Source: Candidatus Poribacteria bacterium (GTDB lineage Bacteria; Poribacteria; WGA-4E; JAJDTR01). Taken from it: a stretch of 64,000 nucleotides of DNA. Below the pieces are notes generated by a model. It saw nothing but the letters and a program-made list of their open reading frames with translations, had not been told where the DNA came from and did not search any database. Positions 10,384 to 19,407 of this stretch are shown one piece after another (position 1 is the stretch's first letter; each line of letters opens with the position of its first letter). The stretch is from the NCBI GenBank assembly GCA_022827055.1, contig JAJDTR010000165.1:17682-81681 (forward strand), read 5' to 3'. Position numbers and translations under genes: made by a program.

Positions 10384-11823
10384 TTGCAATTGAGTTCCGA
10401 ACTGATTCAAACTCGCCCCCGTGCTCATGATGTGCGCACGGGGGACTTTTCACGCGACTTTGTGGAGGAGATATCCAGATGTCAAGATGAACCCAAGTGG
10501 ATGCGTGAGAGGCGGCTGGAGGCGCACGATGCTTACGAGTCCCTCCTAATGCCGCACACCGCTGATGATGACGAATGGCGACGGAAAGTGGACATGCGCA
10601 CGCAGGACTACTGGCGGCGCACAAAGCGGAACATGCGCGGTTTCAATGTGGATGACTACACACCTGTCGCATTTTCGGCATCGGAAACACCCACCTCATC
10701 CGGCATAACGAAAACACGGGCGGAGTCGAAAGAAGCATCATCCGGTGTCATCGCTATGGTGGATGGCTCACCCGTCGAATCCTTCCTGTCAAAGGAGATT
10801 GAACGAAAAGGGGTTTATTTCGCGGATCTGAATACGGCGTTGAAGGAACGTCCCGATTTTGTCAGGTCATGTTTCATGACCAAGGGGGTGACGACCGAGA
10901 CGCAACTCCGAAGCGGCAACATCCCGCTGCGGAACAAATTTGACGCGCTGCACGGCGCGTTTTGGCAAGGCGGATACCTGCTGCACGTCCCCAAAGGCGT
11001 CGTTGTTGAGATTCCGTTGCGTGTCTTCATCGCGCTGTCCGAGTCCGGGCGCGCGGATCTGTCACATACGATCATTGTTGCCGACGCCGACAGCAAGGTC
11101 ACAATTCTTGAGGAGCAAGTGTCGTCAGACGGCGGGGTTGCGGGGTTCCATTGCGGAGCCGTCGAACTGTTTGCCGGACAAAACGCCAACGTCACCTATG
11201 TGCAGGTGCAGCGATGGAATCAGCAGGTCTGGAATTTTTCCACGCAGCGCGCGATAGCCGGAAGGGATTCCCGGTTATGCTGGGTCACCGGCACGCTGGG
11301 AAGTCGCCTGAGCAAACTGAATCAGACCGCTGCGCTTGAAGGCGCGGGAAGCAACGTTCAAATGCTAGGCTTGACGTTCACCCATTCGCGCCAACATGTT
11401 GACGTGAGCACCGCGCAGGAGCACATCGCGCCGCATACTTCGAGCGATCTGCTGTATAGAACCGTGCTTCGGGATAGGTCGCAAACGGCATGGAGCGGCA
11501 ACATCTACGTCTATCCCGACGGTCAGCATACCGACGCTTATCAGAAAAACGATAACCTGGTGTTGAGTGACCGCGCTCATGCAGATACGTTGCCGGGCTT
11601 GGAAATTCAAGCGCACGAAGTGCGTTGCACGCACGGCGCAACCGCGGGACCGATCGACAAAGAACAGGTGTTCTACCTGATGAGCCGGGGGTTGTCGCGC
11701 AGCCAAGCCGAGAAGATGATTGTCGACGGTTTTTTCGAGCCGGTGATGGATAGAATTCCGCTGGATTCGGTTCGCGGTGAATTGCAGGACTCGATTACAC
11801 AAAAACTCACGGCTGCAAAATAA
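10384..11823 (+). CDS. sufD: Fe-S cluster assembly protein SufD
   Basis: SufB/SufD-family beta-helix C-terminal region following sufB. The exact start is uncertain. Confidence 0.8.
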   Translation: MQLSSELIQTRPRAHDVRTGDFSRDFVEEISRCQDEPKWMRERRLEAHDAYESLLMPHTADDDEWRRKVDMRTQDYWRRTKRNMRGFNVDDYTPVAFSASETPTSSGITKTRAESKEASSGVIAMVDGSPVESFLSKEIERKGVYFADLNTALKERPDFVRSCFMTKGVTTETQLRSGNIPLRNKFDALHGAFWQGGYLLHVPKGVVVEIPLRVFIALSESGRADLSHTIIVADADSKVTILEEQVSSDGGVAGFHCGAVELFAGQNANVTYVQVQRWNQQVWNFSTQRAIAGRDSRLCWVTGTLGSRLSKLNQTAALEGAGSNVQMLGLTFTHSRQHVDVSTAQEHIAPHTSSDLLYRTVLRDRSQTAWSGNIYVYPDGQHTDAYQKNDNLVLSDRAHADTLPGLEIQAHEVRCTHGATAGPIDKEQVFYLMSRGLSRSQAEKMIVDGFFEPVMDRIPLDSVRGELQDSITQKLTAAK

Positions 11824-11912
11824 GAGTAACGACTTAGGTTTGTAGTACAATCCATAACCAACCATTAGGAAGTCACTTTTCTGTGCAATTGAAATGTGGT
11901 CAGTGATGATTT

Positions 11913-12004
11913 CACTAGCCACTGTTTTTAGATGCTTTCACTGGTCACTGAACACTGCTTCTAGATGCTTTCACTGGTCACTAGTCACTGACCACTAGCC
12001 ACTG
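11913..12004. promoter_or_regulatory. nested direct-repeat array (CACTrGyCACTG x5 and a 21-bp TAGATGCTTTCACTGGTCACT x2) immediately upstream of the glutaredoxin-like gene; candidate operator
   Basis: Symmetric A-B-B-A repeat arrangement ending about 20 bp before the RBS aaaggagac. Confidence 0.35.
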
Positions 12005-12024
12005 CCTTTAAAGGAGACAACAAA

Positions 12025-12369
12025 ATGAGTCAACCCACAATCACCGCCTACATGAAGCCCGTCTGCGGTTGGAGTAACGGCGTTCGCGCCATCTTCGCCA
12101 AATACGGTTTGGAGTACGAAGACAAAGACATCATCAACAATGCGAACAACTATCGCGAAATGGTCGAAAAGACCGGTCAGCCGATGCAGCCGTGCGTCCA
12201 AATCGACGATGTCATACTCGCCGATGTCAGCGGCGATGAGGTCGAGGCATACCTTATCCAGTCGGGCATTGTCCAACATAGCGAAGCGGCAACCGATGTG
12301 CCCACCGACGAAGCGTGCGCCGATCATGGTCCCGCTTCGGTAAACATCGGCTTCACAAGCGACAGATAA
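12025..12369 (+). CDS. monothiol glutaredoxin-like protein (CGWS active site)
   Basis: CGWS in place of CGFS and a thioredoxin-fold pattern (QPCVQIDD). Located inside the suf operon. Confidence 0.6.
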   Translation: MSQPTITAYMKPVCGWSNGVRAIFAKYGLEYEDKDIINNANNYREMVEKTGQPMQPCVQIDDVILADVSGDEVEAYLIQSGIVQHSEAATDVPTDEACADHGPASVNIGFTSDR

Positions 12370-12451
12370 CCTGAATGGTCAAATCCCGTCTCAATCTCTC
12401 TCAGAAACCGAGTTTCTCTCCGAAACTCGGTTTCTCTTCGTTAAAACACCT

Positions 12452-13714
12452 GTGGTAAAGCACATGCACGTTGATCGAAATGAATTTCATCCACTCGAGG
12501 TGGATCGTATCCGCGAGGATTTTCCCATTTTTGCGGGTGATTCACCCATCGCCTATCTCGACAGCGCGGCATCCTCGCAGACGGCGCGCTGCGTGCTTGA
12601 AGCGATGGATGGCTACTATGAGAGCTATCGATCCAACATTCATCGGGGCATCTACCACATCTCGGAGGAGGCGACCGCGGCGTATGAAGATGCGCGGCAG
12701 AAGATTGCGCGATTTATCAGCGCGCGCCGCGCAAGTCAGGTTGTTTTCACCCGAAACACGACAGAATCCATTAACCTCGTCGCACACAGTTGGGGAAACG
12801 CCAATATCGGTCGAGACGACGAAATTCTCCTCACCGTGATGGAACATCACAGCAACCTCGTACCGTGGCAACTGCTCGCGGAACGAACCGGCGCAACACT
12901 GCGCTTCATTGAGGTGACCGATGAGGGATTGCTGCAATTGGACGATCTCGATCAGTTATTGACGGAACGGACAAAGTTGGTAGCAATCACACATGTCTCG
13001 AACGTCTTGGGAACGATTAACCCGGTTTGGGAAATTACCGCCGCCGCCCATTCCGTCGGCGCCACGGTGCTTATTGACGCCGCTCAAAGCGTGCCGCACC
13101 TGCCCGTCGATGCCCAAGCGCTTGACTGCGACTTCCTCGCGTTCTCGGGTCATAAAATGTGTGGTCCCACGGGCGTTGGCGTGCTTTACGGAAAGCGCGA
13201 ACTATTGGAAGAAATGCCGCCCTTCCTCGGAGGCGGCTCGATGATTCGAGCGGTGCAGCGCGAACGCTCAACCTACGCGGACGTACCCGCAAGATTCGAA
13301 GCGGGGACGCCAGCTATCGCCGAAGCCATCGGTCTCGGTCATGCGGTAGATTATCTTGAGAAGATCGGCTTGGACGCGGTGCACGCTCACGAACAGCAGA
13401 TAATCGACTACGCCCATCAGAAACTGAGTGAGATTGACGGAATCACCATCTATGGACCGAAACCCCGCATGAAGGCGGGAGTTATCACGTTCAATCTTGA
13501 GGGTATCCATCCCCATGATCTTGCCGGCGTGCTTGATACCACCGGGGTAGCAGTTCGAGCGGGACACCACTGCGCTCAACCGCTGATGCAACACTACGGC
13601 GTCATCGCGACGGCGCGCGCCAGTTTTTATCTTTACAACACGATGGAAGATGTCGATAGGTTATACGATGGGGCACTGAAAGCCCAAAACCTATTGGCGC
13701 GGAGACAAGGATGA
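12452..13714 (+). CDS. sufS: cysteine desulfurase SufS (PLP-dependent)
   Basis: Class-V aminotransferase fold, PLP lysine in FSGHKMCGPTG, and an active-site Cys loop. Confidence 0.9.
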   Translation: MVKHMHVDRNEFHPLEVDRIREDFPIFAGDSPIAYLDSAASSQTARCVLEAMDGYYESYRSNIHRGIYHISEEATAAYEDARQKIARFISARRASQVVFTRNTTESINLVAHSWGNANIGRDDEILLTVMEHHSNLVPWQLLAERTGATLRFIEVTDEGLLQLDDLDQLLTERTKLVAITHVSNVLGTINPVWEITAAAHSVGATVLIDAAQSVPHLPVDAQALDCDFLAFSGHKMCGPTGVGVLYGKRELLEEMPPFLGGGSMIRAVQRERSTYADVPARFEAGTPAIAEAIGLGHAVDYLEKIGLDAVHAHEQQIIDYAHQKLSEIDGITIYGPKPRMKAGVITFNLEGIHPHDLAGVLDTTGVAVRAGHHCAQPLMQHYGVIATARASFYLYNTMEDVDRLYDGALKAQNLLARRQG

Positions 13715-14109
13715 ATATCTACGAGGAAGACATTCTCGATCATTACGAAAATCCCAGCAATTACGGGACGTTGGAGAAACCCGATATCTCCTACGAGGAA
13801 GACAATCCCTTGTGCGGCGATCAGATTCGTATGGATCTTGAGGTCGAGGATGGCGTCATCAAGGATGTCCGCTTCTCCGGTCACGGCTGCACAATCAGCC
13901 AAGCGGCGGCGTCAATGTTGACGGAGGAGGTCAAAGGACAAGCATTGGACGACGTAAAAAAATTATCCAAGGACGACATCTTGGAAATGCTCGGCATTCC
14001 GCTCGGCCCGGTGCGCTTGAAATGCGGGCTGTTAGCCCTGAAGGTGTTGAAAGCCGGCGCTTACGGCATCAAAGGATGGCCCGGCGAAGAGGACGACGAG
14101 GAGGAATAA
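13711..14109 (+). CDS. sufU: SufU/IscU-like sulfur acceptor
   Basis: NifU-like N-terminal domain with conserved Cys residues (PLCGD, GHGC). Its ATGA start overlaps the sufS stop. Confidence 0.85.
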   Translation: MNIYEEDILDHYENPSNYGTLEKPDISYEEDNPLCGDQIRMDLEVEDGVIKDVRFSGHGCTISQAAASMLTEEVKGQALDDVKKLSKDDILEMLGIPLGPVRLKCGLLALKVLKAGAYGIKGWPGEEDDEEE

Positions 14110-14111
14110 GC

Positions 14112-14423
14112 ATGGCGGAGTTCTTCAAAGTCGCCAAAGTCAGCGAAATTCCTCCCGGCAAAAAAAAGCTGGTCGAAGTGGATTTTGTACCGGTCGCGCT
14201 CTTCAACGTGGACGGGGAATTCTACGCCATTGAGGACATCTGCACTCACGACGGCGGTCCTCTCGCCCAAGGTGAATTGGACGGTGAAGAGATTGAGTGC
14301 CCTCGCCACGGCGCGCGTTTCAGCGTGATCACCGGAGAACCCCTTTGCATGCCCGCCGTCGAACCCGTCGACTGCTACGAAGTTAAAATCGAAGGCGATG
14401 ACATTCTGGTGAATATTGATTGA
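14112..14423 (+). CDS. Rieske [2Fe-2S] ferredoxin-like protein
   Basis: CTHDGGPL and CPRHGARF Rieske boxes. I chose the ATG at 14112 after the sufU stop rather than the longer tracked ORF. Confidence 0.8.
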   Translation: MAEFFKVAKVSEIPPGKKKLVEVDFVPVALFNVDGEFYAIEDICTHDGGPLAQGELDGEEIECPRHGARFSVITGEPLCMPAVEPVDCYEVKIEGDDILVNID

Positions 14424-14435
14424 CGGCAAACCAGT

Positions 14436-14472
14436 GGGGCACTTGTAGGGTGGGCACTGCCCACCAGCCTCT
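14436..14472. repeat. REP-like palindromic element GTAGGGTGGGCACyGCCCACCAGCCTCT
   Basis: A near-identical copy lies at 19308-19345. It contains the hairpin GGGTGGGCAC/GCCCACC. Confidence 0.45.
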
Positions 14473-14654
14473 GAAAGCGTCGGTGAAGATGCAATGGGCG
14501 AATCGCTAATGCGACAGATAGTTCTGCGCATTAGGATTGCATCTAGATGCATCGTTATTCCCTGCCGCAGCCTGGAAAATAAGATAATTGCGGAACGCCA
14601 TCAATTCTACATTTGCGTAACTCCTGAGGAATCTCAAAGGGAAGGAAATCTCAA

Positions 14655-14954
14655 ATGGTATCCGAAGAGACCGTATTGGAGAATCTGAAACAAATCATAG
14701 ACCCGGAGGTGGGTATCAACATTGTTGATATGGGTTTGATTTACGGTGTAGACATTAATGACGAAACGGTCGGCATTACCATGACTCTGACAAGCCCGGC
14801 CTGCCCTGCCGGTGGACAGCTTGTCAACGGCACGCAACACGTCACCCAACAACTGGAAGGTGTTGACGAGGTCAACATTGATGTCGTGTGGACACCGCCG
14901 TGGTCGCCTGAGATGATGACGGACGACGCGAAGGATGAGTTGGGAATCTTTTGA
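14655..14954 (+). CDS. sufT: SufT-like Fe-S assembly protein (DUF59/MIP18 family)
   Basis: 99 aa with conserved Cys in TSPACP, typical of DUF59. Confidence 0.8.
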   Translation: MVSEETVLENLKQIIDPEVGINIVDMGLIYGVDINDETVGITMTLTSPACPAGGQLVNGTQHVTQQLEGVDEVNIDVVWTPPWSPEMMTDDAKDELGIF

Positions 14955-14966
14955 GCCGGCACAAAA

Positions 14967-15701
14967 ATGAACCTGTCAGCCCAACAATATCAACCGAAAA
15001 CCCTAAAACGGCTTGGTGACACAGGTTTCCTTGTCGAATGGAAGGATGGGCATAGAAGCGAATACCCTTTTCCCTACCTGAGACGTATGTGTCCCTGTGC
15101 CGAGTGTTCGGCAATTCGCCATAAAGGGTTGGATGTTCACTCCCTGTTCGCCCCGGACGGAGAAGGTGATTCCTCCCTAATCCAAGTTTCCGACGATGTC
15201 CTTCCCCTTGATATCCAGCTTGTCGGCCGCTATGCGGTGCAGTTCCGATGGAGCGACGGGCACTCGACCGGCATCTACTCTTTCCAAACGCTTAAAGAAA
15301 TGTGCCCGTGTCCCGAGTGTGCCGCCAACATTGACGAGAACGAGGTAGACCCTACAATGAGCCGTCCAGAATTCCAGCCCGACAAACATGAGATTTCCCC
15401 GCGCGACCTCAAAGACATATTGGACAGTGATCAACAGATCGTGCTGCTTGATGTGCGCGAACCCAACGAATATGAGATTGCCCACCTTGAAGGCGCAACC
15501 TTGATTCCTCTCAACGACCTGCCCCAAAATGCCAACCAGCTTGACCCGCAAACCGAAATTGTGACCTACTGCCACCACGGCATGAGGAGCCTACAAGCCA
15601 CTGCGTTTCTATACCAGAACGGGTTCGACAATGTCATGAGTTTGGCGGGCGGCATCGACCGGTGGGCGGTGGAGATTGATCCGGCGCTCGCTCGTTACTA
15701 A
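14967..15701 (+). CDS. DUF971 (tandem CxxC zinc-ribbon-like) domain fused to a C-terminal rhodanese domain
   Basis: Two CPCxEC motifs, then a rhodanese active-site loop CHHGMRS. Confidence 0.7.
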   Translation: MNLSAQQYQPKTLKRLGDTGFLVEWKDGHRSEYPFPYLRRMCPCAECSAIRHKGLDVHSLFAPDGEGDSSLIQVSDDVLPLDIQLVGRYAVQFRWSDGHSTGIYSFQTLKEMCPCPECAANIDENEVDPTMSRPEFQPDKHEISPRDLKDILDSDQQIVLLDVREPNEYEIAHLEGATLIPLNDLPQNANQLDPQTEIVTYCHHGMRSLQATAFLYQNGFDNVMSLAGGIDRWAVEIDPALARY

Positions 15702-15857
15702 TAAAAACTTACCCACACGAACGCCCAAAGGTTCGTAGTAGGGTAATTAATTGCCCGTTTCTACACAAAGCAACACGGCAGGTCAAGTTCGTGTAAACAA
15801 ACGACCAACCGGACGCGCGATGAATTGCGCTACTACAAACCGATCTGCACGAGCCCT

Positions 15858-16304
15858 ATGAAAACACTGTTGCTCCTATTTTTTGCGTTTATCGGCGCGC
15901 TAGGCAACTCCATGTTCGCTGCGAGTCAAAAGAAAGCCATTGCCCTTGGAAACTCACTAGCATTTCTCGTCATATCAATTTTCGTCTCGTTTATCTTCGC
16001 TTTAATAGTGGCGCCTTTATCGGGACCAACGAAGTACACGACAATCATCAAACAGAGCTGGTTTTGGGTTGTTACAGGCGGTATCGGGCTATTCCTGACG
16101 TTTTTGGGTTTCAATCTGCTCTATATCAACTTTGGAACTTCAAGCTATATGCTCTACGCCGTGATGTCGATCATTACGACGTCGATCATCGTGTCGGTCG
16201 TGATATTCAAAGAGGCGTTTAACGCTTTCCACTGGGCGGCATTTGTCGGCGCAATTGTAACGATTGTCCTGTATACCATCGGCAACAGCATAAGCAAGAC
16301 CTAG
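15858..16304 (+). CDS. small multi-pass membrane protein (SMR/EamA-like half transporter?)
   Basis: Four hydrophobic helices. Start chosen at MKTLLLLFF. Confidence 0.4.
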   Translation: MKTLLLLFFAFIGALGNSMFAASQKKAIALGNSLAFLVISIFVSFIFALIVAPLSGPTKYTTIIKQSWFWVVTGGIGLFLTFLGFNLLYINFGTSSYMLYAVMSIITTSIIVSVVIFKEAFNAFHWAAFVGAIVTIVLYTIGNSISKT

Positions 16305-16655
16305 TAACCATCTTGCCCCGGGGTTGGGGATGATCGAGATTATAGGAGTAAGATCTACTGTTGGAACCCTTTTGGATATCCACTGCGGGTATTCCTATCG
16401 GTCAGATGCTCCGGCCTAATCAGTCTCTTCATCTCGGTTGGTTGTTGGGTTGATCTTCTCCAGAGGGGAGAGTCGTGACCGGGCGGTCGATCCTACAGGG
16501 ACTAACGGGCGGGGGAAACCTGCCCCTACGGTGCCACGGGTCACCCTCTCGTTTGGTCGGTTGATCGTTCCAACCGGGTGTTACACCGCGTAACCGTGTA
16601 AGTCTTAACGAAATAATCACCTTTCTCAATGCACTAATTTTAGAGCAAAATGTCG

Positions 16656-17180
16656 TTACTGCATCGTGAAGCCGAGGACAGTGCCGCCGACGCCTGTTAA
16701 CGTTAGCTTGCTCCCATTTATCGACCACGTACCGTTGATTATGTCGGCAAAATCAAAATCGATGTTCGCTTGGATATTTTCGGTCACGTCCACCCCCGTG
16801 GTCCCCGTGATCGTGATGGAATAGTTGGAACCGGACAGCGAATAGGTGCCCGTGGCTTCAAATGAGCTTGTCTCTACTTCGCCGGCGTCGTTTGGCGCCA
16901 CAAGGGTCGATGCCCTACGCCACATCCCGTCGCTTTCAAATGTCCAGTCCTCGATATAAGAGATTTCTAAATCTTGGCCGAGGGCGGCAGCCAATTGTTT
17001 GAATTGGTCTATTGTTTGCTGAATAGTTGCACCATCGACCGACTCGAGCGTCCATGTGCCCACTAACTCATTGTCATCGTCGCCCTCGCCGCCGCAACCG
17101 ATGATTCCGATAGTAAGAACGATACATAGACTCACCAACCAAGAGGGATAGAGATTTACTCGTCGATTCATGTTTTGCAT
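16656..17180 (-). CDS. hypothetical secreted/lipoprotein with a lipocalin-like beta-rich domain
   Basis: Signal-like N-terminus MQNMNRRVNLYPSWLVSLCIVLTIGIIGCGG at an internal Met of the tracked ORF. Confidence 0.45.
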   Translation of the reverse strand: MQNMNRRVNLYPSWLVSLCIVLTIGIIGCGGEGDDDNELVGTWTLESVDGATIQQTIDQFKQLAAALGQDLEISYIEDWTFESDGMWRRASTLVAPNDAGEVETSSFEATGTYSLSGSNYSITITGTTGVDVTENIQANIDFDFADIINGTWSINGSKLTLTGVGGTVLGFTMQ

Positions 17181-17275
17181 TCTCCTTTCAAAGTTATGAG
17201 ATTTAACTTTTCGTTTCAATGAGGAACGGACGGAATGCAAGTGATCGCCGCCTGCAGTCCATTTCGCCAACCTGT

Positions 17276-17558
17276 TTAATTCCGAATCAATATCTTCCCT
17301 GTCTCGCTGAAATTCCCTGATAGGAACCTGTGTGAGTCTACCAGTAGAATTTTCCTCCATAAAATGGATTTATAAACCGCTCTCAATTTAATCTCTGAGC
17401 ATCTTGAGAATGTGCTTGCCAACGGATCTTTGATTTCCCTATGGCGCGGAATTGGCTGAGAAATACACGTGTTTGGATTTTGAACAATCATGCTTCGCGC
17501 CATGACGAATAAAAATACACCCCATCTTCTCTAACTCACGAATCAGGTCACGTCTTTT
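17276..17558 (-). pseudogene. hicA: hicA-like toxin gene (YcfA/HicA family) interrupted by a 1-nt frameshift
   Basis: From the ATG at 17558, frame A gives MKRRDLIRELEKMGCIFIRHGAKHD and then a stop. The +1 frame continues NPNTCISQPIPRHREIKDPLAS, the conserved HicA C-terminal half. Confidence 0.45.
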
Positions 17559-17749
17559 CATGCAATCTGTAATTGGGCAGCCTTCCGAGCACACGGAATA
17601 GCGCCGCTTGTGAGGTCTGCGTAGATGTCACGAAGATTTTCCTCCAAGGCCTCTACGGATTCGCCTTGCGTCCAATAATCGGGGTACGTTTCAAAAAATC
17701 CGATAAACATCTTCTCATCTTGCCAATAGATGTACGTTTGTGTGTCCAT
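17558..17749 (-). CDS. hicB: HicB-like antitoxin (UPF0150 domain only)
   Basis: 63 aa, YIYWQDEKMFIGFFETYPDYWTQGESVEALEENLRDIY matches the HicB N-domain. Its stop overlaps the hicA ATG (ATGA). Confidence 0.55.
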   Translation of the reverse strand: MDTQTYIYWQDEKMFIGFFETYPDYWTQGESVEALEENLRDIYADLTSGAIPCARKAAQLQIA

Positions 17750-18049
17750 AGTTAATATCCAATAGTGTTATCCAGACGGAGATGGTAGTCTATCCTCGTT
17801 CCTGTGCCGGGCTGTAACTGTGAGGGAGAGTTAATATCAAGCGTTCATGCTCATGTTTGAACAGTTATAACACCGAAGTTCGTACAAATCAAGTTAATCC
17901 TTGAGCTATTCTGTTTACTTATAGTTTGTATCAACATCTTCTGCGTCGCAGAGAAGTCCCCCGCAGCAAGCGTGTAAAAATACACGCCGTTCGCCACGGG
18001 TTCCCCGAAGTCGTTTTTGCCTTCCCAATGGGATTAACCGAACGAATAG

Positions 18050-18135
18050 TGAGGGATCAACTGAGCGATTAGCGAAGGATCAAGGGAACAAATAGCGAAC
18101 GCGATAGAATTCCCATAGAAATCCTGTGCGATAGA
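18050..18135. repeat. three tandem degenerate copies of the dispersed GATCAAsCGA...GCGATAG element
   Basis: gattaaccgaacgaatagtgaggg / atcaactgagcgattagcgaagg / atcaagggaacaaatagcgaacgcgatagaattcccatagaaatc. Confidence 0.5.
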
Positions 18136-18220
18136 GACTTTTTTGCCACTCCCGCAAAGGTGTGGTTCTGTGAGTGGCGAATTCTGTCCGGCTTACCACG
18201 TACAGTTATGTCTTTTCCTT

Positions 18221-19300
18221 TCAAGTTTCCCACAGCGGGTTGACCGCGTTCGCTTTAATCACAAAGTAACATCTCATTCCTACGACGAGGCCAAGCTGGT
18301 TCCGCGCCTCATTCGTTATCTTCACTGACAGCGAGTGCTCTTCAATCTCGGCGGACATCATAATCCGATCGCCGAAAGGATCAATCCCGCGGATCTCCCC
18401 GCTCAACACGTTCCGCGCGCTAATTGGCAAGTCTGGCTCTAGCGAGACGATAATATCCTCCGCTCTGATGCCAATCTGCATCAACTTGCCAACTTCAATT
18501 TCCGTATAGGGGACGAGCAGTTTCTGGCTTCCAATTTCCAATTCTGTCACGCCGCGTACTTGGTCGCAGACTATGACGGGCAGGGCTAGGATATTCTCTA
18601 CACCTGTCATCTGGGCGATGGGCAGCGCGGACGGGGAAGTGAGAAGCCGATGCGGCTCGCCCTGCGCAGTGACGCGCCCCTCGTCCAGCAGAAAGGCTTC
18701 GTCCGCCAACGCCATCGCTTCCGAGATAGAGTGCGTTACATAAAGAATCGGGATGTCGAAAGCCTCTTTGATGTGGTGGAGGTAGGGTAGGATACGATGC
18801 TTTAACCCGGCATCAAGGGCGGCAAGCGGCTCGTCCATCAACAACATTCGCGGACAGATTGCCAAGGCGCGAGCGAGTGCCACCCGCTGACGCTGACCGC
18901 CGGATAACTGATGCGGGTGTCGTTTCAACAGGTCGCCGATTTCCAAGATGTCAATCACACGATTGATGTCAATCTGCTCCCCGTTCCGCGATGTGCTGTT
19001 GTGGCCATAGAAGATGTTTTTTTGGACGGTCAGGTGGGGAAAGAGGAGACCTTCCTGAAAAACGTAGCCGAATCGCCGCTTTTCCGGCGGGAGCCGGATT
19101 CCTTCTTGGGAGGAGTAGAGGATTTCGCCGAGAAACGAGATTACGCCTTCATCCGGGTGCAGGATTCCGCTTATGCAGTTGAGCAGTGTGCTCTTGCCGC
19201 TCCCCGACACACCCAATACCGCCGTCACCGTTTGCGTGATCTCGGCATCAATCTCAAGATGAAAATTCCCGAGCCGCTTATGGAAGCCAAGCCTTAACAT
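18221..19300 (-). CDS. modC: molybdate ABC transporter ATP-binding protein ModC (with C-terminal TOBE/MOP domain)
   Basis: The N-terminus MLRLGFHKRLGNFHLEIDAEI...GVSGSGKSTLLNCISG closely resembles E. coli ModC. It has an ABC signature LSGGQRQRVALARAL and is 359 aa. Confidence 0.85.
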   Translation of the reverse strand: MLRLGFHKRLGNFHLEIDAEITQTVTAVLGVSGSGKSTLLNCISGILHPDEGVISFLGEILYSSQEGIRLPPEKRRFGYVFQEGLLFPHLTVQKNIFYGHNSTSRNGEQIDINRVIDILEIGDLLKRHPHQLSGGQRQRVALARALAICPRMLLMDEPLAALDAGLKHRILPYLHHIKEAFDIPILYVTHSISEAMALADEAFLLDEGRVTAQGEPHRLLTSPSALPIAQMTGVENILALPVIVCDQVRGVTELEIGSQKLLVPYTEIEVGKLMQIGIRAEDIIVSLEPDLPISARNVLSGEIRGIDPFGDRIMMSAEIEEHSLSVKITNEARNQLGLVVGMRCYFVIKANAVNPLWET

Positions 19301-19307
19301 GGACTAG

Positions 19308-19345
19308 TCAACCCGTAGGGTGGGCACCGCCCACCAGCCTCTTAG
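19308..19345. repeat. REP-like palindromic element (second copy)
   Basis: GTAGGGTGGGCACCGCCCACCAGCCTCT. Confidence 0.45.
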
Positions 19346-19407
19346 CTGTAAGGTGCGATCAAATTGATTAGCAGTCCGATGAACGCTGATTCCACCCCAC
19401 AAACACC

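Noticed and set aside
10364-10624. 86-aa ORF between sufB and sufD on the minus strand
   Set aside because: It overlaps the sufD 5' region on the opposite strand and has no RBS.
16429-16728. 99-aa ORF in the 16.3-16.7 kb intergenic region
   Set aside because: No RBS. The composition is Arg/Pro-rich. It overlaps the structured GC-rich segment and the lipoprotein gene end.
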